DNA of 64,000 bases from Myxococcales bacterium (GTDB taxonomy: Bacteria; Myxococcota_A; Polyangia; Polyangiales; Polyangiaceae), in contig JAYTOU010000046.1 of NCBI GenBank assembly GCA_043747615.1, positions 1-64,000 on the forward strand, read 5' to 3'. The notes under the pieces were generated by a model. That model saw only the letters and a list, made by a program, of their open reading frames with translations, did no database searches and was not told where the DNA came from. Below, in pieces: positions 47,651 through 56,674 of the stretch; position 1 is the stretch's first letter; the number at the start of each line of letters is the position of its first letter. The position numbers and the translations under genes were made by a program.

Positions 47651-50600
47651 ATGAACTTCACAGACGTCTTCATCCGTCGGCCGGTCCTGGCGATCGTCGT
47701 CAGCTTGGTCATCGTCATCGCCGGGTTGCAAGCGGTGCGCAGCCTCAACGTTCGCCAATATCCTAAGCTCGAGAGCGCGACGGTCACCGTCCGCACCGTG
47801 TACGTCGGGGCGAGCGCCGATCTCGTGCGGGGCTTCATCAGCACGCCCCTCGAGCGCGCCATCGCTGCGGCCGACGGCATCGACTACATCGAGTCGCAGA
47901 GCGTGCAAGGGCTCTCGACGATCAGCGTGCGTCTCAAGCTGAATTTCAGCGCCGGCAACGCCCTCGCGGACATCAGCGCCCGCGTCAACCAGGTGCGCGC
48001 CGATCTGCCTCCCGAAGCAGAGGTCCCGGCGATCAACATCGAGCCATCGGACGCGCAGATCGCGGCGATGTACCTGAGCTTCGGTTCCACGTTGCTCGAA
48101 GAGAATCAGGTCACCGATTACCTCATTCGCGTCGTGCAGCCGCGGCTCTCGGCGATTCCCGGCGTGCAGCGCGCCGACATCCTCGGGGGTCGAACCTTTG
48201 CGATCCGAGCATGGTTGAAGCCCGATCGCATGGCCTCGCTCAACGTCAGTCCGTCTCAAGTGCGCCAGGCGCTGGCGGCGAACAATTCTCTTTCGGCGAT
48301 CGGTCAGACCAAGGGCGCGCTCATCCAGCTCAATCTCACCGCATCGACCGATCTCAAAACCGTCGATGAGTTCAAGAAGCTCGTCATTCGCCAGCAAAAC
48401 GGCGCGCTGGTTCGTCTGCAAGACATCGCCGACGTAACCCTCGGTGCCGACAACTACGAGCAGGACGTGCGTTTCTCCGGCCGAAGAGCGCTCTTCATGG
48501 GGGTGTGGGTCCTTCCCAACGCCAACTCGCTCGAGGTCATCGCGAAGGTGCGAAACGAAGTCGCGATCATCAAGGGCGAGCTCCCTACGGGTATGGAAGC
48601 CAACGTCGCGTTCGACTCCACCAAGTACATCAACAACGCTATCGAAGAAGTGATCAAGACTCTGAGCGAGACGGTGCTCATCGTCATCATCGTCATCTTC
48701 CTCTTTCTCGGCTCGCTGCGCACCGTGCTGGTCCCGCTGGTCGCGATCCCGGTGTCGCTCATCGGAGCCGTCTTTCTGATGCAGGTCTTCGGCTTCACTG
48801 TGAACCTCTTGACCCTCCTCGCCGTCGTCCTCGCCGTAGGACTGGTGGTCGACGACGCCATCGTGGTGGTGGAGAACGTCGAGCGCCACATGCGCGAGGG
48901 AAAGACCGCCCTCGAAGCATCCCTCCTCGGCGCCCGCGAGCTGGTCGGTCCCATCGTGGCGATGACCATCACCCTTGCCGCGGTCTATGCGCCGATCGGC
49001 TTTCAGGGCGGCCTCACCGGCTCGCTCTTCCGCGAGTTCGCATTCACTCTGGCCGGCGCGGTGTTCATCTCCGGAGTGGTCGCCCTCACCCTCTCGCCGA
49101 TGATGTCGTCGAAGCTTCTGCTTCCGCACGGCAACCAGGGAATGCTCGGGCGCAACATCGATCGCGGGTTCGAATTCGTGAAGCGCACCTACGGTCGCGC
49201 GCTCGGCGTCACGTTGCGAACGCGCGGCGTGGTCTATGGTGTGTGGATCACGCTCTCCATCCTGGTGGTGCCGCTCTACCTGTTTTCACCGCAGGAGCTC
49301 GCGCCGACCGAGGATCAAGGCGTGATCTTCGGTGCCCTCGACGTGCCCGCGAACGCGACCCTCGAGCAGATGAGCCCCTACGCGGGGGAGATCAATCGCC
49401 TCTTCCAGACAGAGCCCGAGTTCGATCACAGCTTCCAAATTACCTTCGCCACCGGCGGCTTCGGCGGGATGCTCGCGAAACCGTGGGACGAGCGAAAGCG
49501 CTCGATTTTCCCAGTCCAGGAAGATCTCTTCAAGAAGATGTCGGGAATTTCGGGCGTACGCGCCCCCGTCTTTCTGCCCTCGGCGCTGCCCAGTGCGGGC
49601 TTCTTCCCGGTCGAGTTCGTGATCGCGTCGACGGCGAGCCACGAAGACTTAATTCGCTTCGCCGAACAGCTCACGCAAGAGGCGATGAAGAGCGGACTCT
49701 TCGCCTTCCCGCCCATCACCGACGTGCGAATCGATCAGGCGAAAGTCGAGGTGGTTTTGGACCGCGACAAGATCGCTTCGATGGGCCTCAGTCTCCAGCA
49801 GGTCGGCGGCGATCTGTCGTCAATGCTCGGCGGTAACTTCGTCAACCGCTTCAACATCGACGGCCGAAGCTACAAGGTCATTCCGCAGATCGAGCGCGCC
49901 GGACGGCTCACCGTCGATCAACTCAAGGACATACACATCACCGGACCGAACGGCCAACTCATGCCGCTCAGCGCCGTCGCCACCTTCCGCTCGGGAGTCG
50001 AGCCGCGAACGTTGAACCGCTTTCAGCAGCTCAACGCCATCAAGATCTCGGGCCTCGCGCCCCGCTCGCTCGACGGCGGCCTCCGTGTCCTGGAAGACGC
50101 CGCAGCGCGGATCCTTCCGGCCGGATACCGCGTCGACTACACCGGCGAGTCGCGTCAGCTCCGGCAAGAGAGCGGCAAGTTCCTCCCGGCGATGGGTCTC
50201 GCGCTCGTGCTCATCTTCTTGGTGCTCGCGGCGCAGTTCAACTCGTTCCGCGATCCGTTCGTCATCCTCGCTGGCTCGGTGCCGCTCGCGATGTTCGGCG
50301 CGCTCGTCTTCACCTTCCTGAAGTTCGCCGGCCCGCCCGGAATGCACTTCAAGCTCACCGAAGGCTGGACGACGACCCTCAACATTTACTCCCAAGTCGG
50401 GTTGGTCACGCTGGTCGGCTTGGTGTCGAAGAACGGGATTCTGATCGTCGAGTTCGCGAACGCTCAACAGGAGCTCGGGCTGACCAAGCTCGAAGCCGTT
50501 CACGTCGCGGCCATGACCCGCCTTCGCCCGATTCTGATGACGACCGCGGCCACCGTCGCCGGCCATTTTCCCCTTACCCTCGTCACGGGACCGGGCGCCG

Positions 50601-50764
50601 TAGCTCGAAACTCGATCGGCATCGTCCTCGTCGGCGGCATGACCATCGGCACGTTTTTCACGCTCTTCGTGGTTCCCGCGGTCTACGTGCTCATCGCGAA
50701 AGACCACCGCGCCACGGTACCGGCGGTTGCATCGACGGATTCTTTTGCGGTGGCCAGCGATTGA
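47651..50764 (+). CDS. RND efflux transporter permease (AcrB family, MexI/MexW-like)
   Basis: FIRRPV, GLVVDDAIVVVEN, KNGILIVEFA, RLRPILMT. Confidence 0.96.
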   Translation: MNFTDVFIRRPVLAIVVSLVIVIAGLQAVRSLNVRQYPKLESATVTVRTVYVGASADLVRGFISTPLERAIAAADGIDYIESQSVQGLSTISVRLKLNFSAGNALADISARVNQVRADLPPEAEVPAINIEPSDAQIAAMYLSFGSTLLEENQVTDYLIRVVQPRLSAIPGVQRADILGGRTFAIRAWLKPDRMASLNVSPSQVRQALAANNSLSAIGQTKGALIQLNLTASTDLKTVDEFKKLVIRQQNGALVRLQDIADVTLGADNYEQDVRFSGRRALFMGVWVLPNANSLEVIAKVRNEVAIIKGELPTGMEANVAFDSTKYINNAIEEVIKTLSETVLIVIIVIFLFLGSLRTVLVPLVAIPVSLIGAVFLMQVFGFTVNLLTLLAVVLAVGLVVDDAIVVVENVERHMREGKTALEASLLGARELVGPIVAMTITLAAVYAPIGFQGGLTGSLFREFAFTLAGAVFISGVVALTLSPMMSSKLLLPHGNQGMLGRNIDRGFEFVKRTYGRALGVTLRTRGVVYGVWITLSILVVPLYLFSPQELAPTEDQGVIFGALDVPANATLEQMSPYAGEINRLFQTEPEFDHSFQITFATGGFGGMLAKPWDERKRSIFPVQEDLFKKMSGISGVRAPVFLPSALPSAGFFPVEFVIASTASHEDLIRFAEQLTQEAMKSGLFAFPPITDVRIDQAKVEVVLDRDKIASMGLSLQQVGGDLSSMLGGNFVNRFNIDGRSYKVIPQIERAGRLTVDQLKDIHITGPNGQLMPLSAVATFRSGVEPRTLNRFQQLNAIKISGLAPRSLDGGLRVLEDAAARILPAGYRVDYTGESRQLRQESGKFLPAMGLALVLIFLVLAAQFNSFRDPFVILAGSVPLAMFGALVFTFLKFAGPPGMHFKLTEGWTTTLNIYSQVGLVTLVGLVSKNGILIVEFANAQQELGLTKLEAVHVAAMTRLRPILMTTAATVAGHFPLTLVTGPGAVARNSIGIVLVGGMTIGTFFTLFVVPAVYVLIAKDHRATVPAVASTDSFAVASD

Positions 50765-50799
50765 CGGTTGTGATTGGGAAACGGATACTCAGAAGGGGC

Positions 50800-52272
50800 A
50801 TGGACGACGCACTCGAGGAGATTAGCCAGCGGGCAAAGATGCGTCTCGGGACGGTCTTGCACGGAAAGTGGCAGCTCGATTCTCTCCTCGGCATCGGAGG
50901 GATGGCGGTCGTCTACGCCGCGACCCATCGGAACGGAAAAAGAGCAGCGGTGAAGGTGCTCCACCCGGAGCAGTCGTTGAGCCCCACGGTGCGCGCGCGC
51001 TTCCTCCGGGAAGGCTACGTAGCGAACAAAGTCGGGCACCCCGGGGCGGTCTCGATTCTCGACGACGATCTCGCGGAGGACGGCTCTTATTTTCTGGTGA
51101 TGGAGCTCCTCGACGGTGACGTCATCGATGCGCGCGTTGGACGAGGCGAGACCATGCCTGTCGGGGACGTCCTCGCTATCGCCGATCAGGTCCTCGACGT
51201 TCTCGCGGCAGCGCACGCCAAGAACATCATTCATCGCGACTTGAAACCGCAGAACTTGTTTCTCACCCGCGACGGAACGGTGAAAGTGCTCGATTTCGGA
51301 ATTGCGCGCCTGCGCGAGCTGTCCGAGGCCGCCCATTCCGGTGCCACCACGTCGTCGACGATGGGGACGCCCGCGTTCATGCCGCCCGAGCAAGCGCGCG
51401 GTCGCTGGGCAGAGGTCGACGCGCAGTCCGACATCTGGGCCGTCGGAGCGACGATGTTCACCCTCCTCACGGGTCGCTTCGTGCACGAAGCCCCCACCGT
51501 GAACGAGCAGCTCCTCGCAGCGATGACAGTGCCGGCGCAGAGCCTCGCCGTCGTCGCTCCGGACATGCCGCCGTCGGTCGTTGCGGTGGTCGATCGCGCG
51601 CTCGAGTACCTTTGCGATGAGCGCTGGCCCGATGCGCGCGAGATGCAAACCGCGGTGCGCGAGGCTTACCAGCTCGTAACGGGTCTCGTGCTCTCGCAGT
51701 CGCGGCAGGCGCTTGCGGCGCGGGCGTCCCTGTCCACCCTCGATCCCGCGCTCGCCCAAGCCGTGGGCGAGGCCCCGACCATCAGCGCCGATCCTATGCT
51801 CAGCACCGATCGCTCGTCGTCGAGGGGCGCGTCGTCCGCCAGGAGCGATCCTGGCGCGAAGGTCGGGCGGATCTCGCTCGCTACCGCGTCGCTGATCAGC
51901 GTTCCCCCAAGCGTTCACGGTGAGGTGCGTGCAAAGCGCGGAGTAACGTTGCTGGTGCTCGCGGGAGCGCTCGCGCTTGCGGCCGTGCTCGCGTTCACGC
52001 TCGGTCGCGGAAGTGCGGGCGGAGCCGCTGCCTCAGGAATTGCGGAGACCGTGCAGACTCCGCACGCGCAGGCCGTCGCGTCCGAGATCCCACGCGAGCC
52101 GCCGCTGCCCCCGCCCGCGCTGCCGAGCGTGGCGACCGTCAAAAGCGCTGCCAGCCCGCCGCACGCGATCTCAACAATTCCGAAGACACCCAAGGTCACG
52201 CCCCCTCCTTTCGCATCGAGCGCAGCGCCTCCGGCTTCGAGCGCGGTCGACATTTTCGGCCGTCGAAAATGA
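50800..52272 (+). CDS. Membrane Ser/Thr protein kinase
   Basis: GIGGMA, AAVK, HRDLKPQN, DFG, GTPAFMPPE; one TM; Pro-rich tail ending DIFGRRK. Confidence 0.93.
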   Translation: MDDALEEISQRAKMRLGTVLHGKWQLDSLLGIGGMAVVYAATHRNGKRAAVKVLHPEQSLSPTVRARFLREGYVANKVGHPGAVSILDDDLAEDGSYFLVMELLDGDVIDARVGRGETMPVGDVLAIADQVLDVLAAAHAKNIIHRDLKPQNLFLTRDGTVKVLDFGIARLRELSEAAHSGATTSSTMGTPAFMPPEQARGRWAEVDAQSDIWAVGATMFTLLTGRFVHEAPTVNEQLLAAMTVPAQSLAVVAPDMPPSVVAVVDRALEYLCDERWPDAREMQTAVREAYQLVTGLVLSQSRQALAARASLSTLDPALAQAVGEAPTISADPMLSTDRSSSRGASSARSDPGAKVGRISLATASLISVPPSVHGEVRAKRGVTLLVLAGALALAAVLAFTLGRGSAGGAAASGIAETVQTPHAQAVASEIPREPPLPPPALPSVATVKSAASPPHAISTIPKTPKVTPPPFASSAAPPASSAVDIFGRRK

Positions 52273-52273
52273 C

Positions 52274-53263
52274 GTGCTGAGCAAGCGTCAGCAGTGCGGA
52301 TGTCAGGTGGCGGCCCTCGGCGTCGTTCTCGGCCTCGTCTCGACCGCGGGTGCCGACGGGCGCGATCCGGCGGCGGCCGAAGCTCTTTTTCTGGACGGTC
52401 GGCAGGACGTCCAGCGCTCCGACTACGCCGCCGCGTGCCCAAAGTTTGCGGAGAGCGAGCGCCTCGACCCCGCCGCCGGAACGCTGATCAACCTGAGCGA
52501 CTGCGAAGAGCACCTCGGTCTTTTGGCCAGCGCGTGGGAGCATTGGCGGGCGGCGATCGATCAGCTCGCTCCCGAAGATCCCCGCCTCCCGGTGATCAAG
52601 GAGCGCGCGACGAGCCTCGAGAAGCGGCTCTCGCATCTCACGATCAAGCTCGTGGCCAGCGCTCCACACGACACGCGGGTCACGCGCGACGACGTGGAGA
52701 TCGGAGATGCATCGCGGGGGATCGCGCTACCCGTCAACGCCGGTGAGCACGTGATCGTCGTGGGCCTCGAAGGCCGCACCCGACGCTTCACCGTCGCGAT
52801 TTCGGAGGGAGAATCCAAGGAAATCGTGGTGGAGCCGGCGCCCGCGCCCATCCTTCTTCCGCCCGCCGTGCTTGCGCCGCCGCGTTTCAACGATCCCGAA
52901 GTCGAAGCTCCTCACTCCACGCGCGCCCTCGGCTTTGCCATCGCCGGCGTGGGCGTAGCCGGCCTCGCGGTCGGGACGGTGACTGGGGTGATGGCCATCG
53001 GGAAAAAGTCAGTAGTAGGCGCCAACTGCGACTCCTCTAAAGCGTGCAACATACACGGATACGATGCCGCCGTCACTGGACGCACCCTCTCGACCGTGAG
53101 CACGATCGCCGTCGTCGCTGGGCTCGTCGGCGTTGCCGCCGGCGCGTTTTTAGTCGTCTCGAGCCCGCGCGCGAAGACGTCCGCAAGCGCTCGCGCGGCT
53201 TCTTCATTGACTCCGTCTTTTCACCTCAGCGGGGCGAGCCTCTACTTCACGAGGACGTTCTGA
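52274..53263 (+). CDS. TPR + PEGA-like exported protein with glycine-zipper C-terminus
   Basis: GTG 1 nt after the kinase stop; signal peptide; AEALF..G...ACPKFAES..LDP..GTLINLSDC TPR; LPVNAGEH; two Gly-rich hydrophobic helices; ends FTRTF. Confidence 0.8.
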   Translation: MLSKRQQCGCQVAALGVVLGLVSTAGADGRDPAAAEALFLDGRQDVQRSDYAAACPKFAESERLDPAAGTLINLSDCEEHLGLLASAWEHWRAAIDQLAPEDPRLPVIKERATSLEKRLSHLTIKLVASAPHDTRVTRDDVEIGDASRGIALPVNAGEHVIVVGLEGRTRRFTVAISEGESKEIVVEPAPAPILLPPAVLAPPRFNDPEVEAPHSTRALGFAIAGVGVAGLAVGTVTGVMAIGKKSVVGANCDSSKACNIHGYDAAVTGRTLSTVSTIAVVAGLVGVAAGAFLVVSSPRAKTSASARAASSLTPSFHLSGASLYFTRTF

Positions 53264-54363
53264 CGCTCTTGCGCAGGCCGCGAGTCTTCGCCGCCATTCC
53301 GCTCGCGCTCGCTGCGCTCTTCGGGTGCCAGAGCATCATCGGCGCCGATTTCTCCGGTCATCACCTCGAGGTGTGTAACCCCGCAACATTTCCGCCTCCG
53401 CCGAAGATCACCGGCGCGGGCAGTGGCGCAGACATCGTCCTCGTCACCTCGAAGATCGATCTCGGTGAGTACGACCGGCCCGATGGTGCCCCCGGCTACG
53501 CGACGATCGGCTACTCGCTCGACGGCGTATGCAACCGCGACCAGGCCTGCGCCGCCGCCGCGTGGACGGGCGCACATCTCATCAGAGGACTCGACGGGCG
53601 CGACAACGGGCTCGGCGAGCTGATGCACGGGCAGCTCGAGTTCTTTCATCAGGTCGTCTTCAGCACCGACATGCTCAACTTGAACCTGAAGAACGGCACT
53701 CACGCGCCACTCTTCATTTTTAAAGTCGCCGACTACAGCGGCTTCTCCGACGACGACGAAGTCGAAGTCACGCTCTACGTCGCGAGCCCGCAAGCGGAAG
53801 ACGGAAAGAACTTCGTTCCTCGCTGGGACGGCACCGACCAGTGGCCGATCGCCCCTCTTCCTGGCGCCGTGGCAGATGCGGGTCCGCTCGTGCCGGCGTC
53901 GTACGTTGACAAAAATGCCTACGTCTCCAACTACACTCTCACTGCGCGGTTTCCGCCGGGCGCGACCATCCATTTTTCGAACGTCGCCTTCATGACGAAC
54001 GAGCTCGTGGCCACGGGGCAGATCAATCCGATGACCAAGACCATGAGCCACGGGGTCCTCTCCGGGCGCATGGGGATCGCGGAAATGTTCCGCCACGTGC
54101 CGGAGGTGACGCAGCTTCTTCTCAGTCAGACGCTCTGCATCGACAATCCGAACTACGCTCGCATCAAAACCTATTTTTGCTCCTTCGCCGACGTGCGCGC
54201 GGACGCCAAAGCGACGGGCGGCGACTGCGACGGTCTCTCCCTCGGCGTGGGCTTCGATGCCGCGCCTGCCAACCTCGGTAAGGTCGTGATTCCCACTCCT
54301 GTGCCGGGCTGCCCTCCGGCGACGACCACGAACAACGACACTTGCCAGAGGCCGCCCCTGTGA
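53260..54363 (+). CDS. Uncharacterised lipoprotein
   Basis: ALAALFGC lipobox; GYSLDG, GRDN, DDDEVEV, WDGTD.W, CDGLSLG; start CTG 53260 or TTG 53269. Confidence 0.7.
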   Translation: MTLLRRPRVFAAIPLALAALFGCQSIIGADFSGHHLEVCNPATFPPPPKITGAGSGADIVLVTSKIDLGEYDRPDGAPGYATIGYSLDGVCNRDQACAAAAWTGAHLIRGLDGRDNGLGELMHGQLEFFHQVVFSTDMLNLNLKNGTHAPLFIFKVADYSGFSDDDEVEVTLYVASPQAEDGKNFVPRWDGTDQWPIAPLPGAVADAGPLVPASYVDKNAYVSNYTLTARFPPGATIHFSNVAFMTNELVATGQINPMTKTMSHGVLSGRMGIAEMFRHVPEVTQLLLSQTLCIDNPNYARIKTYFCSFADVRADAKATGGDCDGLSLGVGFDAAPANLGKVVIPTPVPGCPPATTTNNDTCQRPPL

Positions 54364-54749
54364 AAACGTTTTTCGTCGTCGTCACCTTCGCTGCCGTGAT
54401 CGCTGGGTGCAGCACATCGAGCACCAGCCCGGCCGATGCCTCGGTAGACACCCACACGCGTGATCCCAACGCGAACTGCATCAAGCCGGGCACGCCCAAC
54501 AACGAGCTCGGCGTCGGCGGTTACTGCGAGACCGTCGCCCAGTGCCCTGCGGTCGACGGCGGCATCCGATTTTGCTCGGGTCAGTTCGGCGCTCCGGAGA
54601 CGGCTTGGTTCTGCACACGTCCCTGCTCGACAGACTCCGACTGCGGGAGCGACGAATACTGCGCGACCGATCCCCGCGGCGTCGCGTGCGTGCCGCGCAT
54701 CTGTGGGCCGACAGACGCGGGCTCCACCGCCGACGCACGCTCCGACTGA
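54360..54749 (+). CDS. Small Cys-rich lipoprotein
   Basis: GTG overlaps the upstream stop; VIAGC lipobox; 10 further Cys including CTRPCSTDSDC. Confidence 0.78.
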   Translation: MKTFFVVVTFAAVIAGCSTSSTSPADASVDTHTRDPNANCIKPGTPNNELGVGGYCETVAQCPAVDGGIRFCSGQFGAPETAWFCTRPCSTDSDCGSDEYCATDPRGVACVPRICGPTDAGSTADARSD

Positions 54750-54778
54750 GCGACAGGAGAGCGCGCAGATCGAGGCTT

Positions 54779-56674
54779 TTACGGAGGCGATTCCTGCATC
54801 CTCGGCTCCACTGTCGGGGGGGCGGTGGACTCCAGGACCTCCGCGCGTTCGTGTGCAAACTGCATACGATAGAGGCGCGCGTAGACTCCGGCGAGCGCCA
54901 AGAGCTCCTCGTGAGAGCCTTGCTCCACCACCCGGCCCTTGTGAAAGACCACGATGCGATCGACGGCCTTGATCGTCGATAGGCGGTGGGCGATGACGAT
55001 CGCCGTGCGCCCCGCCATCACACCATCGAGCGCCACTTGGAGGCGCGCTTCGGTGTCGGAGTCCACGCTGGCCGTAGCTTCGTCGAGGATGAGAATCGGC
55101 GAATCGCGATAGACCGCGCGCGCAAAGGCCAGGAGCTGCCTTTCACCCGCGCTGAAGTTGGCCCCGCGCTCGTCCACCTTCGCATCGAGGCCGCCCTCGC
55201 GATGGATGAAAAGCTCTAGGGCCCCGATCCGGGTCAGAGCGGCCTCGGCCTTCTTGCGATCGGGCGAAGGATCGCTCATCGCCACGTTGGAGAGGACGGT
55301 TCCCGCAAAGAGGAAGACGTCTTGAGGAACGACGGAGAATTTTTCGCGCAGCGCGCTCCTGTCCCCCGCGCGCACGTCCTCGCCGAGCACGCGCACGTAA
55401 CCGCTATTGACCTCGTAGAGACGCAAGACAAGGCTCGCGACCGTGGTCTTTCCGGCGCCTGTGGCTCCCACCAGTGCGACGCGTTCCCCTCTTCGTGCCA
55501 CGAGTGAAACGTCTTTCAACACCGGCACGCCGGGCTTGTACTCGAAGCTCACGTTGACGAGAGCAATCGCTTCGTCGGCCGGCCCTGCGGGAGCACATTG
55601 CGCGGCGTCGCGCGCAGGCTCATCGACCTCTTTCACGTCGAGGAGCTGAAAAATACGCTCCGCGCCGGCCATCGCCGACTGGAGGAGCGTGTAGCGCTGC
55701 GAGAGCATGCTCACCGGTTCGAAGAATTTCTTGATGTACTGGGTGAAGGTGACCACCAGCGGAAAAGACACCGCGTGCGAGCCCACCCGATGAAAGCCCG
55801 ACCACCAAAGGACGCTCGCGATGCACAGCGTTCCGACCATCTCGATGGCTGCATCGAGAATCGCGTCGTAGTAGATCGAGCGCTTGTTGGCATCGAGGTA
55901 CTCGAGGTTGATCTCGTCGAACTCCTGCGCGGTCTTCACTTCGCGCCCGTAGGCTTGAACGACGGCGATGCCGTTCACCTGCTCGTTCAGGAACGAGTTG
56001 AGCCGCGCGGTCTTGGTGCGGATGTCGCGAAACGCGGCGCGCGAGCGCTTCCGAACCCAGTGGACGATGCCCCCAACGACCGGCAGAGCGGCAAACGCAA
56101 TGCACGACAGCTTCCAGTCGAGGGCGACCATCATGATCACGATGCCCACCAACGAGAAAAAATCTCCGATGGCGTTGAGGACGCCGGACGCGAACATTTC
56201 GCCGACGGCGTCGACGTCGTTCGTGCCCCGAGTGACGAGGCGGCCTACCGGCGTGCGATCGAAATACCGCAGCTGAAGGCTCTGGAGAAAAACGAAAATG
56301 TGGGCGCGGAGATCGGCCATGGCGCGCGCGCCGGTGACCTGCATCGTGTAGACCTGCGCGAAGTTGAGGGACTGCGACACGAGGAGGATGAGGGCGAGCC
56401 CGACTCCATCACGAAGGAGGGCCGCGCGGTCGTGAAGCGAGGCCTGCCGCACCACGTCGCCCATCAAGAGCGGCTGAACGAGATTGAGCGCGGTGAGCCC
56501 CACGAGAGCCACGAGCGACAAGAAAAGAAACCTCACATGCGGCTTCACGAAGGGCCATAGGCGCTGGATGAGCCGAGCGTCGTAGGCCTTTCCGATGGCG
56601 TCTTCCTCATGGAAGGCCCGGAGCTTTTCCTCGGCGCGCGTCTTCGCCTTCACGGGCTGCGCACTGGTGGTCAT
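54779..56674 (-). CDS. ABC exporter permease/ATPase (MdlB-like)
   Basis: TMD plus GATGAGKTT, degenerate signature FSAGERQ, ILDEAT, AHRL. Confidence 0.93.
   Translation of the reverse strand: MTTSAQPVKAKTRAEEKLRAFHEEDAIGKAYDARLIQRLWPFVKPHVRFLFLSLVALVGLTALNLVQPLLMGDVVRQASLHDRAALLRDGVGLALILLVSQSLNFAQVYTMQVTGARAMADLRAHIFVFLQSLQLRYFDRTPVGRLVTRGTNDVDAVGEMFASGVLNAIGDFFSLVGIVIMMVALDWKLSCIAFAALPVVGGIVHWVRKRSRAAFRDIRTKTARLNSFLNEQVNGIAVVQAYGREVKTAQEFDEINLEYLDANKRSIYYDAILDAAIEMVGTLCIASVLWWSGFHRVGSHAVSFPLVVTFTQYIKKFFEPVSMLSQRYTLLQSAMAGAERIFQLLDVKEVDEPARDAAQCAPAGPADEAIALVNVSFEYKPGVPVLKDVSLVARRGERVALVGATGAGKTTVASLVLRLYEVNSGYVRVLGEDVRAGDRSALREKFSVVPQDVFLFAGTVLSNVAMSDPSPDRKKAEAALTRIGALELFIHREGGLDAKVDERGANFSAGERQLLAFARAVYRDSPILILDEATASVDSDTEARLQVALDGVMAGRTAIVIAHRLSTIKAVDRIVVFHKGRVVEQGSHEELLALAGVYARLYRMQFAHERAEVLESTAPPTVEPRMQESPP

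Noticed and set aside
46505..49129. 874-aa minus-strand ORF
   Set aside because: Antisense shadow of the RND genes with no domain motifs.
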